Shown piece after piece: positions 1 through 12,537 of a stretch of DNA of 64,000 bases. Source of the DNA: a virus (taxonomy: Duplodnaviria > Caudoviricetes); IMG/VR virus record IMGVR_UViG_3300010429_001696, positions 96,001 to 160,000 of that record; one strand, 5' to 3'. Position 1 is the first letter of the stretch, and each line of letters opens with the position of its first letter. Position numbers and translations under genes: made by a program. Below the pieces are notes generated by a model. It searched no databases, was not told the DNA's origin, and saw only the letters and a program-made list of their open reading frames with translations.

Positions 1-539
1 ATAGACCGATTTTACAATCAATTGAAAAAGGATATCGAGAGGGCGAAAAAATTATATTTAAATTATTTTGGTAAGTTATACGCTTACTTCCATTAATTTT
101 TTTTAATGATTTTATATCAATTTCAATGTTCATTTTTCCACAACCTTTTATTCAATTCCATTCTAATTAAGTGAACATCAATTATATAGTCATCAATTTC
201 ATTATCGTTTCCTATATTTCTAGTTGATAAAATATTTTCTAAAAATAAGAGTTTGTGTTTTAGAGCATCCGTACTCATTTTTTCATATACTTCTATGGTG
301 TTCATTATTTTATCTTTTAATAAGTATTTTTTTCATCCAGATAATCAAAAAAATATAAAAGAGCTTTATATGGCGATAATCCACTTTTTTTACACTCTTT
401 GAAATAATCTAAATTGTTGTCAATCTCTTCAATACTATGCATATATGTAATATGCTCCTTTTTATAATCATCAGTAGCGTTGCAATAAAGTTGACTTTTT
501 ACATCTTCTATGTATTTTTTAAATGTCATTTTTATTTAT

Positions 540-851
540 TTAATCAGTAAATAAAATGTAATAATCTTCTGTGATACTTTGTGTTTCAGTGAAATTTTTA
601 ATCCACCCATCATATTCAAGTTTTTCTATTATGACTTTAGATATTCTATATTCATCTTCCATTTTAATTTGGTCTGGTAGATTATATTGTATATGATTTA
701 GTTCTTGAGCAAAAATATCGCAACATTTATTCCAATCGTGTTCAGAATTATTTTCAATAAAACGTATTATATCAACTGTATTTACAGAAGGTATCATTTT
801 TAAATTTATTTTCTTAAAATCCTTATTAGCGTATTGCTCAAATGTTTTCAT
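540..851 (-). CDS. hypothetical protein with MKTFEQY N-terminal motif
   Basis: 103 aa ORF; N-terminus resembles the recurrent MKxxxxF/YEQF leader; last of several small minus-strand ORFs at 123-1503. Confidence 0.6.
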   Translation of the reverse strand: MKTFEQYANKDFKKINLKMIPSVNTVDIIRFIENNSEHDWNKCCDIFAQELNHIQYNLPDQIKMEDEYRISKVIIEKLEYDGWIKNFTETQSITEDYYILFTD

Positions 852-1643
852 ATGGGGCCTGAATTATTTTTTATACGTATATATTATTTATCTATTCTCA
901 TTTTTCATCATTTTTACTTGATGATTTGAATTTATTGGTATAATCTTTTAACATATCTAAAAACCTATCATTCAGATATTTATCAGCCATATCATTTATT
1001 TTTTGTCTTTTATCGACAGGCACATCGGCTAAATCATATAATTGATTTACAATGCCCATACATTGTTTACGAAATTCATTATTATCCATATTTTTAATTT
1101 TTTTAGATCATTATAATTAATTTTGGAGGATTAAATGATTTTTACATATTTTTTATTCTGCAATATTTTTTACTACCCATTCATCATAAGTTAATAAATT
1201 CTCTGATAACCACTTTTTAGCATTTTCTTGCCTTTCTGTTATACTCTTATGAACATCTTCACGCTCAAACTCACCGGATATTAACATATCGATTAATGTT
1301 CTACTGTCAGCTTGTCTAAAATTATAATACGTGTCCATATTCTTATTTTGTACACAATTACAATAATCTGTATAATCTCTTTTTACTGAGCACATATCAG
1401 AAAATTTATCAACTATATCCTTCATATAGTTCTCATACTCTTTTTGATATTCTTTCATTATCTTTTTGATTTTATTATGAATCGTGGAATATCCCATTAT
1501 CATCTTCCACTATTTTTATATCACAATCTCCTTCTACTACTTTACCTATATTAGTCCAACCTATTCCACTCGGTTCGGTCATTATCACTATCTTATCTTT
1601 ATCCATTTTAGATAGTGTTTCAATTAAATCTTGTACAGTCATA

Positions 1644-3617
<1,974 letters not shown>

Positions 3618-3646
3618 TTTAATATTTTTTTAATTTATTAGCTATA

Positions 3647-3654
3647 CAAAGATA
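3647..3654 (-). promoter_or_regulatory. Bacteroidota-type -7 promoter box TATCTTTG
   Basis: Matches TAnnTTTG about 30 nt upstream of clpC; similar boxes at 5368-5375(-), 30184-30191(+), 34962-34969(+), 42523-42530(-). Confidence 0.55.
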
Positions 3655-3727
3655 TGTTTGTTTTTTTAAATAAAAAAATATATGTTATTCTTTTATTTAA
3701 TATATATAACCAAAATTAATAAAGTTT

Positions 3728-4615
3728 ATGCCAAAAAGATATACAACTTTCGAATTCATTGAAAAGTCAAAAATGATTCATGGAGACAAATACTTATACG
3801 ATAAATCTTTATATATTGGATCCAAAAATGATATTGTCATTACTTGTAGGATTCATGGAGATTTTACTCAAAAACCATATAATCATTTGAATGGATGTGG
3901 ATGTCAATTATGTGATCCGACAAATATATTAGGAAATGGAAATTTCATTAAAAAATCTAATATGGTTCATAAGAACGCCTATGATTATTCATTGGTCGAA
4001 TATATCAAAAATGATATTAAAGTTAAAATTATATGTAAAATTCATGGAATTTTTGAACAAAAACCTGAGGCTCATTTAAGAGGGCAGGGGTGCCCAAAAT
4101 GTTCTAATAACAATAGAAGAACAACAGAAGATTTTATAATTATATCTAAATCTATACACGGTGATTCATATGATTATGATTTAGTCAATTATGTTAACAA
4201 AAGAACAAAAGTGATTATAAAATGCAAAAAACACGGAGTTTTTGAACAATTACCATATATCCATTTAAAGGGATTTGGTTGTAAATTGTGCCATAATTCA
4301 TCGATGGAAACCCATTTGATGCAAAAATTAAAAAATATGGACATAGATTTCATTAAAGATTTTCGATTTGATGAATGCAGAAACAAATTACCTCTTCCAT
4401 TTGATTTTTATTTACCTGAAAAAAATATTCTAATAGAATGTGATGGAATTCAGCATAGGGAATCAATAAAATACTTTGGAGGTAAAAAAAGATTAGAATA
4501 TCAAAAAATAAATGATAATATAAAAAATGAATTCTGCATGAAAAAGAAACTCAAATTATTGAGATTGAAAAACATAAAAGAAATAGATGATGCTTTTCAC
4601 TCAATAATAATTTAA
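3728..4615 (+). CDS. putative homing endonuclease: DUF723-like zinc-ribbon repeats plus C-terminal PD-(D/E)XK/Vsr-like nuclease
   Basis: Three repeats of YDY..V.Y....KV.I.C..HG.F.Q.P..HL.G.GC..C; C-terminal LPFDFYLP...IECDGIQH. Confidence 0.8.
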   Translation: MPKRYTTFEFIEKSKMIHGDKYLYDKSLYIGSKNDIVITCRIHGDFTQKPYNHLNGCGCQLCDPTNILGNGNFIKKSNMVHKNAYDYSLVEYIKNDIKVKIICKIHGIFEQKPEAHLRGQGCPKCSNNNRRTTEDFIIISKSIHGDSYDYDLVNYVNKRTKVIIKCKKHGVFEQLPYIHLKGFGCKLCHNSSMETHLMQKLKNMDIDFIKDFRFDECRNKLPLPFDFYLPEKNILIECDGIQHRESIKYFGGKKRLEYQKINDNIKNEFCMKKKLKLLRLKNIKEIDDAFHSIII

Positions 4616-4618
4616 TAA

Positions 4619-5362
4619 TTACGAATATGGCTTCAATAAAAAAAATGATTTTTTAATTCTTCTCCAAAAAATTTCTGGATTTATTATTTCGTCTTTTGTT
4701 GGCGGGGGGATTTCGACCAACAATTCTAATCCTCTTTTGACGCCAAAAGAATCAAAAAAATCTTTTAAAAATAACGCCGAATATTCATAACAATAATATT
4801 TATCATCCAATTCTTCAATTGTTTTTGGAGTTTTCATACGTTTATCTATTATAGTTTCTCCCATAGCATTTGAAATATATTCACAAAATCCTTCTTCAAT
4901 AAATCCTTTTCCATAATTCTTTTTAGAAAGATATCCATTATCAATATACTTATTTTTTAACTTCATTTCTGAAATTATCTGGTTGAAATAAATATGAGAT
5001 ATCTCGTGTATAACAACAGATTTGACAAACTTATTAGATGATAATATTTCTCTTTTTTCTGTTTTTGAAAGATTGCCCAACTCACAAGCCAAATATTTTT
5101 CTTCGTTTGATATAGTTATATTATTTGGATATTCAAAAACTCCCATTTCTGACAAAAAATAATCTTCTCTCTGGCTGAGATCATCAACATAAATATAGAT
5201 GTCATAATCTATTGTATCTCTTACAAATGTTTGAAATTCATTTAAAATGGACTCAAATTTTCTGTATGTATAATTTCCTATCATATCTTTTGTCGGCGAT
5301 AATTGACAAAAAGATGAAAGGGTCAAAAATAAAAATAATAAAAATAAAATTCTTTTTAACAT
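4619..5362 (-). CDS. secreted zincin-like metalloprotease candidate
   Basis: Hydrophobic signal-like N-terminus; HEISH followed by EEGFCEY (gluzincin-like third ligand). Confidence 0.55.
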   Translation of the reverse strand: MLKRILFLLFLFLTLSSFCQLSPTKDMIGNYTYRKFESILNEFQTFVRDTIDYDIYIYVDDLSQREDYFLSEMGVFEYPNNITISNEEKYLACELGNLSKTEKREILSSNKFVKSVVIHEISHIYFNQIISEMKLKNKYIDNGYLSKKNYGKGFIEEGFCEYISNAMGETIIDKRMKTPKTIEELDDKYYCYEYSALFLKDFFDSFGVKRGLELLVEIPPPTKDEIINPEIFWRRIKKSFFLLKPYS

Positions 5363-5404
5363 AATAGCAAATATATAAATAAAATATCTAAATAAAAAAT
5401 TCTA

Positions 5405-5785
5405 TTAAAACCAATTTTCTTCTCCCCAAGGATCGTCTTCTAAATTTACTTTTCTCTTTGGTAATTCAAATTTAACTTTTCTGATCTCCGAAAAATACAT
5501 AATATTGAGAGAACTGTTTCCATCTTCACAAGTTTTTGTGTTAACATAATAATCAGATAAATAATAAATAATAAGCCCCAATACTTCATTTATTGCCCAA
5601 TTGGTGGCAAAAAATAAATGTGATGGTATGCTATCAAATTGAACGAAACAATTAGTAAAATTTTTATTCAGATAATCTAACGTGAGCTCCAGTCCATCCA
5701 CATAAATCATTTTTTTATATTCATCATAAGTTAAAATTTTTTCATATTCATCTGAGAACTGCTCGTATAAAAATAATCTTTTCAT
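5405..5785 (-). CDS. hypothetical protein with LYEQF leader and C-terminal EDDPWGEENW tag
   Basis: MKRLFLYEQF start; ends KVNLEDDPWGEENWF. Confidence 0.7.
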   Translation of the reverse strand: MKRLFLYEQFSDEYEKILTYDEYKKMIYVDGLELTLDYLNKNFTNCFVQFDSIPSHLFFATNWAINEVLGLIIYYLSDYYVNTKTCEDGNSSLNIMYFSEIRKVKFELPKRKVNLEDDPWGEENWF

Positions 5786-5869
5786 AATATGTTTATATAT
5801 TAATTTTTTACCTTTAAAAAATGGAAAAAATGATATTTTTATATTAATATATAAAGATAAAAAGATAAT

Positions 5870-6019
5870 ATGAAAAGTAAAAATTTGAAAATCTCTGATG
5901 AATTACACAAAAAAATAAAAATTATTTGTGCTTCACACGAATTAAAAATAAATGAATGGGTCGAATCTGTTTTAAAAGAAAAAATTAATAAGATAGAAAA
6001 TGAAAAAGTTAAACAATGA
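5870..6019 (+). CDS. small ribbon-helix-helix-like DNA-binding protein (49 aa, not in ORF track)
   Basis: Manual translation MKSKNLKISDELHKKIKIICASHELKINEWVESVLKEKINK...; AATATATA box upstream. Confidence 0.55.
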   Translation: MKSKNLKISDELHKKIKIICASHELKINEWVESVLKEKINKIENEKVKQ

Positions 6020-6508
6020 TGATTTCATTAAAAAATCTATAGATTTATATGGAGATACTTATGATTATTCTTTGGTAAATTATAAGAAATCAAATGAAAA
6101 AGTTAAAATAATATGTAAGAAACATGGAATATTTGAACAAACACCGAACAATCATCTAAGAGGAAGAGGGTGTAATCTTTGTGGAATGGACAATAAGAAA
6201 TTAAACATAGATAAATTTATGAACTACCACTACACTAAAAGATGTGGTGGTTTCTGGAACACGAATGTTCCTTTTTTTTAAGCGCTTCATTTGATTTCTA
6301 TTTGCCAAATCTTAATACATGTATTGAATTTGATGGCCAACAACATTATAATATAATAGAACATTTTGGTGGAGAAAAAATTCTAATAGAAAATCAAGTA
6401 AGAGATGATATAAAGAACAAATATTGCTTAGAAAACAATATAAAAATATTGAGGATAAAATATGATGATGATGTAGAGAATAAAATGAAGAGTATTTTTA
6501 AACAATAG
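6000..6508 (+). pseudogene. disrupted DUF723-like/PD-(D/E)XK endonuclease
   Basis: One zinc-ribbon repeat (6000-6219) and nuclease C-terminus (FDFYLP..IEFDGQQH) lie in different frames, separated by a 70 bp IS-end fragment; middle repeats missing relative to paralogues. Confidence 0.8.
6220..6289 (-). mobile_element. IS200/IS605-type right-end fragment
   Basis: 70 bp identical to 52206-52275; subterminal hairpin ending GTAGTTCA on the minus strand. Confidence 0.7.
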
Positions 6509-6532
6509 TTTTTTTCATTTATATAAAAATTC

Positions 6533-8158
6533 ATGATAAAAATAAATGACAATCTCAATATATATTTTCCATTAAATCTAAAACCAAGAGAACAACAAAT
6601 AGAGGCTTTGGGACTATTAAAAAAAACTATAAATTCTGGAAAAAAATATTGTTTATTGAACGCTCCAACTGGTTCTGGCAAAAGTTATCTTACAATTATG
6701 ATAGCCAATTGGTATCGTAATTATGTGAATAATTCGGCTAAAATAGATATTATAACAAATTCAAAAATATTACAAGAACAATATAAAAAAGAATATGATT
6801 TCATAAATGATCTTAGAGGACAATCTAATTATAAATGTCATCATCATAAAACAGATTGTCATACAGGAAAAGAATTAAATAAATCTCTAAAACATGTGTG
6901 TCTGTCTTGCCCGTATGATATAGCAAAGAGAAAATGGGTAGAAGGGGATTTGTCATTAACCAATTTTCATTTATTCAATAGTTTTATTTTTTATGTTCCA
7001 GACACAATAAAAGAAAGAAATTCCAACTTGTTGATCGTCGACGAGTCACACGAAATAGAAATGACCTTCTGCGACTTCATTTCAACCAAACTCAGTGCTA
7101 AGATATTTCGAAATTATGGCATGGAAGAAATCAATGTTGAAAATTTTGAAAAAGACATACTAAGAATAACCACAACTGGCCAATTTATAAGTTTTATTGA
7201 AAGAAAATTTCTGCCATTTATAACTGATTTAAAATATAATTTTGAAGAACTTGTCTCAGACTCAGAAGAAGATAAAATCAAAGAAATATATGCTAAATAT
7301 GTGATATACATAGAATCATCTATAGAAAGATTTGAAAAATTAATAAAGGATTTTAATGAAAATAGCGACAACTGGGCACTTGACACAACGAGAGATAAAG
7401 TTGGTAATATAGAATTAATTCTACAACCAATATGGGGCAAAGATTATTTGAAAAAACTGGTTTATGATTATTATGATCATGTCATATTTATGTCAGCTTC
7501 TATATTAGATAAGGATATTTTTTCCTATGTGAATGGATTGGATCCAGATTTAACAGATTATTATGAAATCGATTCCACTTTTAATATCGAGAATAGAAAG
7601 ATATATTACATACCTTGTGGTAAAATGAATTATCAAAGTAAGAGAGAAACATTTGATAAACAGATAAATATGATAAAAAAAATCTTGAAGAAATATAAAA
7701 ATGATAAAGGCATTATACACACAACAAATTATGAAATAACAGATTGGTTAAAAAAATCAATAGATAGTAAGCGATTTATATTTCATGACACAGAGAATAG
7801 AGAAAAGATGTTAGAAAAACATTTAAAAAGTAAGACTCCATCTGTTATGGTAAGCCCTTCGATGATGAGTGGATTAGACTTGAAAGATGAACTATCGAGA
7901 TTTCAAATAATATTAAAAATTCCCTATCCAAATTTGGCATCCAATAAAATTAAATCCAGAAAAGAATCCAATCCAGATTCATATACTTTAAAAACGTGTC
8001 AAGATCTCATACAAGCTTATGGCAGAAGTGTCCGCTCTTCGGATGATTATGCTGAAACATACATACTGGACTCTAATTTTCAGGATCTATTGAGATATAG
8101 CTATAAATTTTTACCTCATTGGTTCACTAGTGCTATTACGAGATTGAATTCAAATTAG
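6533..8158 (+). CDS. DinG/Rad3-family SF2 helicase
   Basis: Q motif PREQQ, APTGSGKS, Cys cluster, DESH, SAS, GLDLKD, QAYGRSVRS. Confidence 0.85.
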   Translation: MIKINDNLNIYFPLNLKPREQQIEALGLLKKTINSGKKYCLLNAPTGSGKSYLTIMIANWYRNYVNNSAKIDIITNSKILQEQYKKEYDFINDLRGQSNYKCHHHKTDCHTGKELNKSLKHVCLSCPYDIAKRKWVEGDLSLTNFHLFNSFIFYVPDTIKERNSNLLIVDESHEIEMTFCDFISTKLSAKIFRNYGMEEINVENFEKDILRITTTGQFISFIERKFLPFITDLKYNFEELVSDSEEDKIKEIYAKYVIYIESSIERFEKLIKDFNENSDNWALDTTRDKVGNIELILQPIWGKDYLKKLVYDYYDHVIFMSASILDKDIFSYVNGLDPDLTDYYEIDSTFNIENRKIYYIPCGKMNYQSKRETFDKQINMIKKILKKYKNDKGIIHTTNYEITDWLKKSIDSKRFIFHDTENREKMLEKHLKSKTPSVMVSPSMMSGLDLKDELSRFQIILKIPYPNLASNKIKSRKESNPDSYTLKTCQDLIQAYGRSVRSSDDYAETYILDSNFQDLLRYSYKFLPHWFTSAITRLNSN

Positions 8159-8530
8159 ATATCTTCTCCTCTAAATATAGCGTTTATTTCATTATTCATT
8201 TCAAATGACTCCAACCATTCTCTGAATTCTGTTTTTAATTCATCAAATTCATCATAATCTCCTATTTCAAGAAACGCATCAATAAAATGGTCCAAATTTG
8301 AATAATCATAATTATTATTCGTGAGAAGATCAATCAAAAGTCCTCTAGCTCTTAAAACTGATTCACGAAATTCTATCATTAAATCATCTACTTCAGCATA
8401 TCCATAATAATCATCTAAAGGCAGAATTACATCATCATCTGATTCTTGATTTGGTTTTTTCTTCAATACCAAAAAGTTCTTCTTCGGAAAAGTCTTCTAA
8501 ATCAAATTGTTCGTAAGTTTTTATTATCAT
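8155..8530 (-). pseudogene. frameshifted tagged protein (MIIKTYEQFDLEDFSEEELFG...)
   Basis: ATG at 8530 gives the leader and tag, then stops; the body (8155-8472) is in another frame; removing one A from the A6 run at 8455-8460 joins them. Confidence 0.6.
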
Positions 8531-8745
8531 TTATTACGAATCTTCTTTTTTAAAAATTATTTTACTATAGTCATTGATTATATCTTCTATAACCTCGGGC
8601 GTGAATATTTTTTCAATATTATTTTTTTCATCTTCTTTTTCATTTAATTTCAGATCATCTTCTTTCTCAATTTTCGTTAAAGTTTTTGACATAGTAATTA
8701 ATTTTTTTTTGTTTTTTATTATATTTTAAAAAATTTGTTTAGAAT

Positions 8746-9105
8746 TTATATTTCAAAATTTAAATTTTTTATTTCTTCTCTGATTTTATTGGGTACATCT
8801 TTTTTGAGCCATGTATCAAATGCTCTTCTTTTTGTATTAAAAATGTATATCATATCATTATCTTTCAATTCATCAAAGCTTAATAATGAAGATGATTTTA
8901 TTTTACTGATACAACGATTTAAACTATCCCAATTATAGTCATTGTATATATATACCCAATCTCCCCTTGTTTCAAGGGGATAATAGCGACCGTTATCATA
9001 TATCATCATATCCATCATCATATTCCTTTTTATTTCTTTACCAAAAAGTTCTTCATCCGACAGGTCTTCGAAATCATATTGCTCGTATAGTTTCAAATGG
9101 TTCAT
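8746..9105 (-). CDS. hypothetical protein with LKLYEQ leader and DFEDLSDEELFG tag
   Basis: MNHLKLYEQYDFEDLSDEELFG; ATGA overlap with the LRR gene. Confidence 0.7.
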   Translation of the reverse strand: MNHLKLYEQYDFEDLSDEELFGKEIKRNMMMDMMIYDNGRYYPLETRGDWVYIYNDYNWDSLNRCISKIKSSSLLSFDELKDNDMIYIFNTKRRAFDTWLKKDVPNKIREEIKNLNFEI

Positions 9106-9722
9106 ATAATATATTTAATACTTTTTTCTATACAATAATTTCTTAAATAATTTTTATATTCATCAGAGAAAGAATTATTAGAACAATCTAACACTTTAAG
9201 ATTTATCAAGTTCTCTATTCCCTCGAGACTGGTCAGAGAATTATTAAAGCAAAATAACTCTTTAAGATTTATCAAGTTTTCTATTCCATCGAGACTAACG
9301 AGAGAATTATCAAAACAATCTAACCATTCAAGATTTACCAGGTTCTCTATTCCCTCAAGACTGGTGAGATAATTATTATAACAACATAACTCTTTAAGAT
9401 TTATCAAGTTTTCTATTCCATCGAGACTAACAAGAGAATTATTAAAGCAATGTAACTCTTTAAGATTTATCAAGTTTTCTATTCCATCGAGACTAACGAG
9501 AGAATTATCAAAACAATCTAACCATTCAAGATTTACCAGGTTCTCTATTCCCTCAAGACTGGTGAGATAATTATTGGTGCAATCAATTCTCTTTATGGCC
9601 AGTGGATCTTCATCTCCATATTTATCTCTGAACCACTCCCCAAATGTATATTCTCTTGGAGTATCTTCTCCCCAAGGATCATCTTTTAATTCAAATTGCT
9701 CGTATAGTTTCAAATGCTTCAT
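9102..9722 (-). CDS. leucine-rich repeat protein (22-aa internalin/SDS22-like repeats)
   Basis: About 7 repeats of LxxLxCxxNxLxSLxGIENLxN; leader MKHLKLYEQF plus DDPWGED. Confidence 0.9.
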   Translation of the reverse strand: MKHLKLYEQFELKDDPWGEDTPREYTFGEWFRDKYGDEDPLAIKRIDCTNNYLTSLEGIENLVNLEWLDCFDNSLVSLDGIENLINLKELHCFNNSLVSLDGIENLINLKELCCYNNYLTSLEGIENLVNLEWLDCFDNSLVSLDGIENLINLKELFCFNNSLTSLEGIENLINLKVLDCSNNSFSDEYKNYLRNYCIEKSIKYII

Positions 9723-9742
9723 TCACTTTCTATATATAAATA

Positions 9743-9776
9743 AAAAAAACCAGAAAATTTATCTGGCTTTTTTTTC
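9743..9776 (-). terminator. intrinsic terminator after dnaK
   Basis: CCAGA..TCTGG stem flanked by A and T tracts. Confidence 0.6.
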
Positions 9777-9801
9777 AATTTTATTTATTTAGTTAAACAT
9801 T

Positions 9802-11103
9802 TTATTTAACTTCTTCATATTGAACATCTTCCACATCTGGCTGCTCTTTCGGACCTTCATATTCTTGCCCTTTTGCTGTTTCAGTTTTTGATTGCTCGTA
9901 TAATTTTGTTGATATACGATTCCAAGTTTCTGTCAGCTCACTTGTATATTTATCCACACTTGTTAAGTCTTGATTCTTATGGGATTCTTTTAATTTGTCC
10001 ACAACAGAATTCAGCTCGGATTTATCGCTTTCATTTAACTTATCGCCGAAATCTTTAATTTGTTTTTCAGTTTGGAATATTAAAGCATCAGCTTGATTCA
10101 ATTTATCTATTTTTTCTTTTTCCTTTTTATCAGCAGCCTCATTCATCTTTGCCTCATTTTTCATTTTTTCAATTTCATCTTTTGACAATGATGTTGAACC
10201 TTCTATTCTAATAGATTTTTCTTTGCCTGTGCCTTTATCTATAGCTTTTACGACCAATATACCATTAGAATCTATTGTGAATGATATATCTATTTGAGGT
10301 ATTCCTCTTGGAGCTGGTGGTATGTTATCCAAATTAAATTGTCCAAGAACTTTATTGTCTTTCATCATAGCTCTTTCACCTTGTCCAACAACAATAGATA
10401 CGCTTGGTTGATTATCAGCGGCTGTTGAGAAGACTTGTGTTTTGGTTACTGGAATGGTTGTATCAGAATCAATCATTTTTGTGAAAACATTACCGAGTGT
10501 TTCTAGTCCGACTGATATTCCTAACACATCCAAAAGAAGTATATCTGTTTTTCCGCCTGTGAGTATATGTCCTTGAATGGATGCCCCCATAGCGACACAA
10601 AGATCAGGATTCAAACTCTTATTTGGTTTTTTTCCAAAAAGTTTCTCCAATTTATCTTGAACCATAGGTATACGTGAGCTACCACCAACCAACATGATGT
10701 CATCAATTTCACCGTAGTTCAATTTTGATTTAGCCATTGAAGATTTGGCCTTTTCTATTGTTTGATTAATAATTGGACCAGCAATTTGTTCGAATTTAGC
10801 CCGTGATATTGTTTGAACCAAATGTTTTGGAGCATTATCAATAGCTGTGATATAAGGGAGATTTATTTCAGCTTGTGTTTGACTAGATAACTCGATTTTT
10901 GCCTTTTCACAAGCTTCAAATAATCTTTGTAATGCCATTGGATCTTTTCTTACATCAAATCCAACTTCTTTTTTGAATTCTTCAGCTACATAATTAACCA
11001 ATAATTCATCTATTACTGAGCCACCAAGATCTAAATCTCCATCTGTTGATAATATTTCAAAGACACCATCACCAACATCGACTATTGAAACATCTAAAGT
11101 TTG
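9802..11103 (-). CDS. dnaK: DnaK/Hsp70, exon 2
   Basis: Frame open upstream of ORF 9802..11001: QTLDVSIVDVGDGVFEILSTDGDLDLGG; LVGGSSRIP, DVLLLDV-like linker, STAADNQ, PPAPRGIPQI. Confidence 0.9.
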   Translation of the reverse strand, partial: QTLDVSIVDVGDGVFEILSTDGDLDLGGSVIDELLVNYVAEEFKKEVGFDVRKDPMALQRLFEACEKAKIELSSQTQAEINLPYITAIDNAPKHLVQTISRAKFEQIAGPIINQTIEKAKSSMAKSKLNYGEIDDIMLVGGSSRIPMVQDKLEKLFGKKPNKSLNPDLCVAMGASIQGHILTGGKTDILLLDVLGISVGLETLGNVFTKMIDSDTTIPVTKTQVFSTAADNQPSVSIVVGQGERAMMKDNKVLGQFNLDNIPPAPRGIPQIDISFTIDSNGILVVKAIDKGTGKEKSIRIEGSTSLSKDEIEKMKNEAKMNEAADKKEKEKIDKLNQADALIFQTEKQIKDFGDKLNESDKSELNSVVDKLKESHKNQDLTSVDKYTSELTETWNRISTKLYEQSKTETAKGQEYEGPKEQPDVEDVQYEEVK

Positions 11104-12537
11104 CGTTTGTTGTTATCATTGAGCTCTTTATCTCAATTTCTTATAGTTTCCTATAAGCCCAGACTATATCTTAATAATGTCTCAAACTCTTTCAAATATT
11201 CGCTAAAAACTAAATGAAATTTTAAATTATTCTTTTTACAAAAATCTTTAATATTTTTTTCTTTTTCCGACCATAACCCACTTTTAATTTGATTTTTATG
11301 CCAAATATGATCATCTTTAATTTCAACCAACCAATTCAATTTTGGAATTTCGAAATCGACCCTATATGTTTTAATTTTTCCCATAAAGAAAAAATTTATT
11401 TTCGGCCCATTTATTATTAATATTTTATTTTTATTACAAAAATTAATAAGATCTAATTCTGGAGTCGATTGGTATACAATTTTTTCACCTTTAATATTAA
11501 TCGCGCTTCTTATCTTAAAAACATCATTACAGAGAAGACAATCTTTACATAAAATTTTGTTTCTAGATAATCTATGTTTTGGCATTCTTGATGTTTTGAA
11601 AGGTTTTCCACAAGAATCACAAATAAATGTTACATTATTGAACGGCACCAACGCATCAATTTTTTCATTATAAATATATTGTGAGTATTTTTGGTGTTTT
11701 TTATTCAATAAATGATCTATGAAAATGAAATCATCAATATTACCAACATTTCCAACATTTAAGATTTTATTTTTGTTATCATAAAATTCTTTATTTGTGC
11801 AATGTGTATTATAATATTCTTTTTTGAAATTTTCATCTTCATTATCAAAACTCATATTAGATAAAGTTATTAATTTTTTGTTGGATGATAATTCCACTTT
11901 TTTATCTCTCGGAACCACTTTTCCGTTTTCTATGTATGTTTTTATCATATATTCTGAATGTTTTTTTATTTTATCAACATCATATTCTCTACAATAACTA
12001 CATACTAATCTCTTCTTTCTTAAAAACCTCACTAATAATATCGAGTTTATTTCTCCACAAGAACATCTATATTTAATTTTATAATCATTGCTGTTCAATA
12101 CATCACCATTCAAAAACAACCTAATCGTGTTTCCCTTATATGAGGAATATTTAGATTTATAATAATTAATATCAAATTTTCCAGTGAATATCTCTCCGGT
12201 ATATATATTTTCTATTTCAATTATACTTTTAGCCAATATTTCAAAGAACTCTTCCATTTTTGACTTTTTTCATTTATATATTAAAAAAGTCTGACATTAT
12301 TTCCATTTTTCTTGGATATTTCGCCTTATTTTTATTAAACTTAGGCTAATTTATCTAGTCGTTGAACCTTCATCCACTTTCGAGGACGCTTGGCTGCTGA
12401 TTATCCAATTTTTTAACTTTTCAAACATTCACATTTAATATTACTATTTATTGTTGTAGTGTAAAAACTCTAAGGATTTTCCAGCAATTTAATGGATTTT
12501 TATTTTTCACTCATTAAAGCGCGGGGGCAAAACTTTT
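11104..12537 (-). ncRNA. group I intron in dnaK (1434 nt)
   Basis: Minus strand has P AAATTGCTGGAAA (~12478-12490), Q AATCAGCAGCCAAG (~12389-12402), R GAAGGTTCAACGACTA (12356-12371), S AAGATATAGTCT (11161-11172); 5' exon ends in U with P1 ggaggU/Gccccc; intron ends in G; splicing restores the frame. Confidence 0.9.
11151..12257 (-). CDS. intron-encoded putative homing endonuclease (Cys pairs plus PD-(D/E)XK, TnsA-like C-terminus)
   Basis: YQSTPEL...YRVDFEI...LVEIK; CxC/CxxC pairs; located between R and S of the intron. Confidence 0.7.
   Translation of the reverse strand: MEEFFEILAKSIIEIENIYTGEIFTGKFDINYYKSKYSSYKGNTIRLFLNGDVLNSNDYKIKYRCSCGEINSILLVRFLRKKRLVCSYCREYDVDKIKKHSEYMIKTYIENGKVVPRDKKVELSSNKKLITLSNMSFDNEDENFKKEYYNTHCTNKEFYDNKNKILNVGNVGNIDDFIFIDHLLNKKHQKYSQYIYNEKIDALVPFNNVTFICDSCGKPFKTSRMPKHRLSRNKILCKDCLLCNDVFKIRSAINIKGEKIVYQSTPELDLINFCNKNKILIINGPKINFFFMGKIKTYRVDFEIPKLNWLVEIKDDHIWHKNQIKSGLWSEKEKNIKDFCKKNNLKFHLVFSEYLKEFETLLRYSLGL

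Noticed and set aside
11104-12537. Intein, IS insertion or dead dnaK pseudogene
   Set aside because: The insert breaks the frame and has a complete group I core with frame-restoring splice sites.
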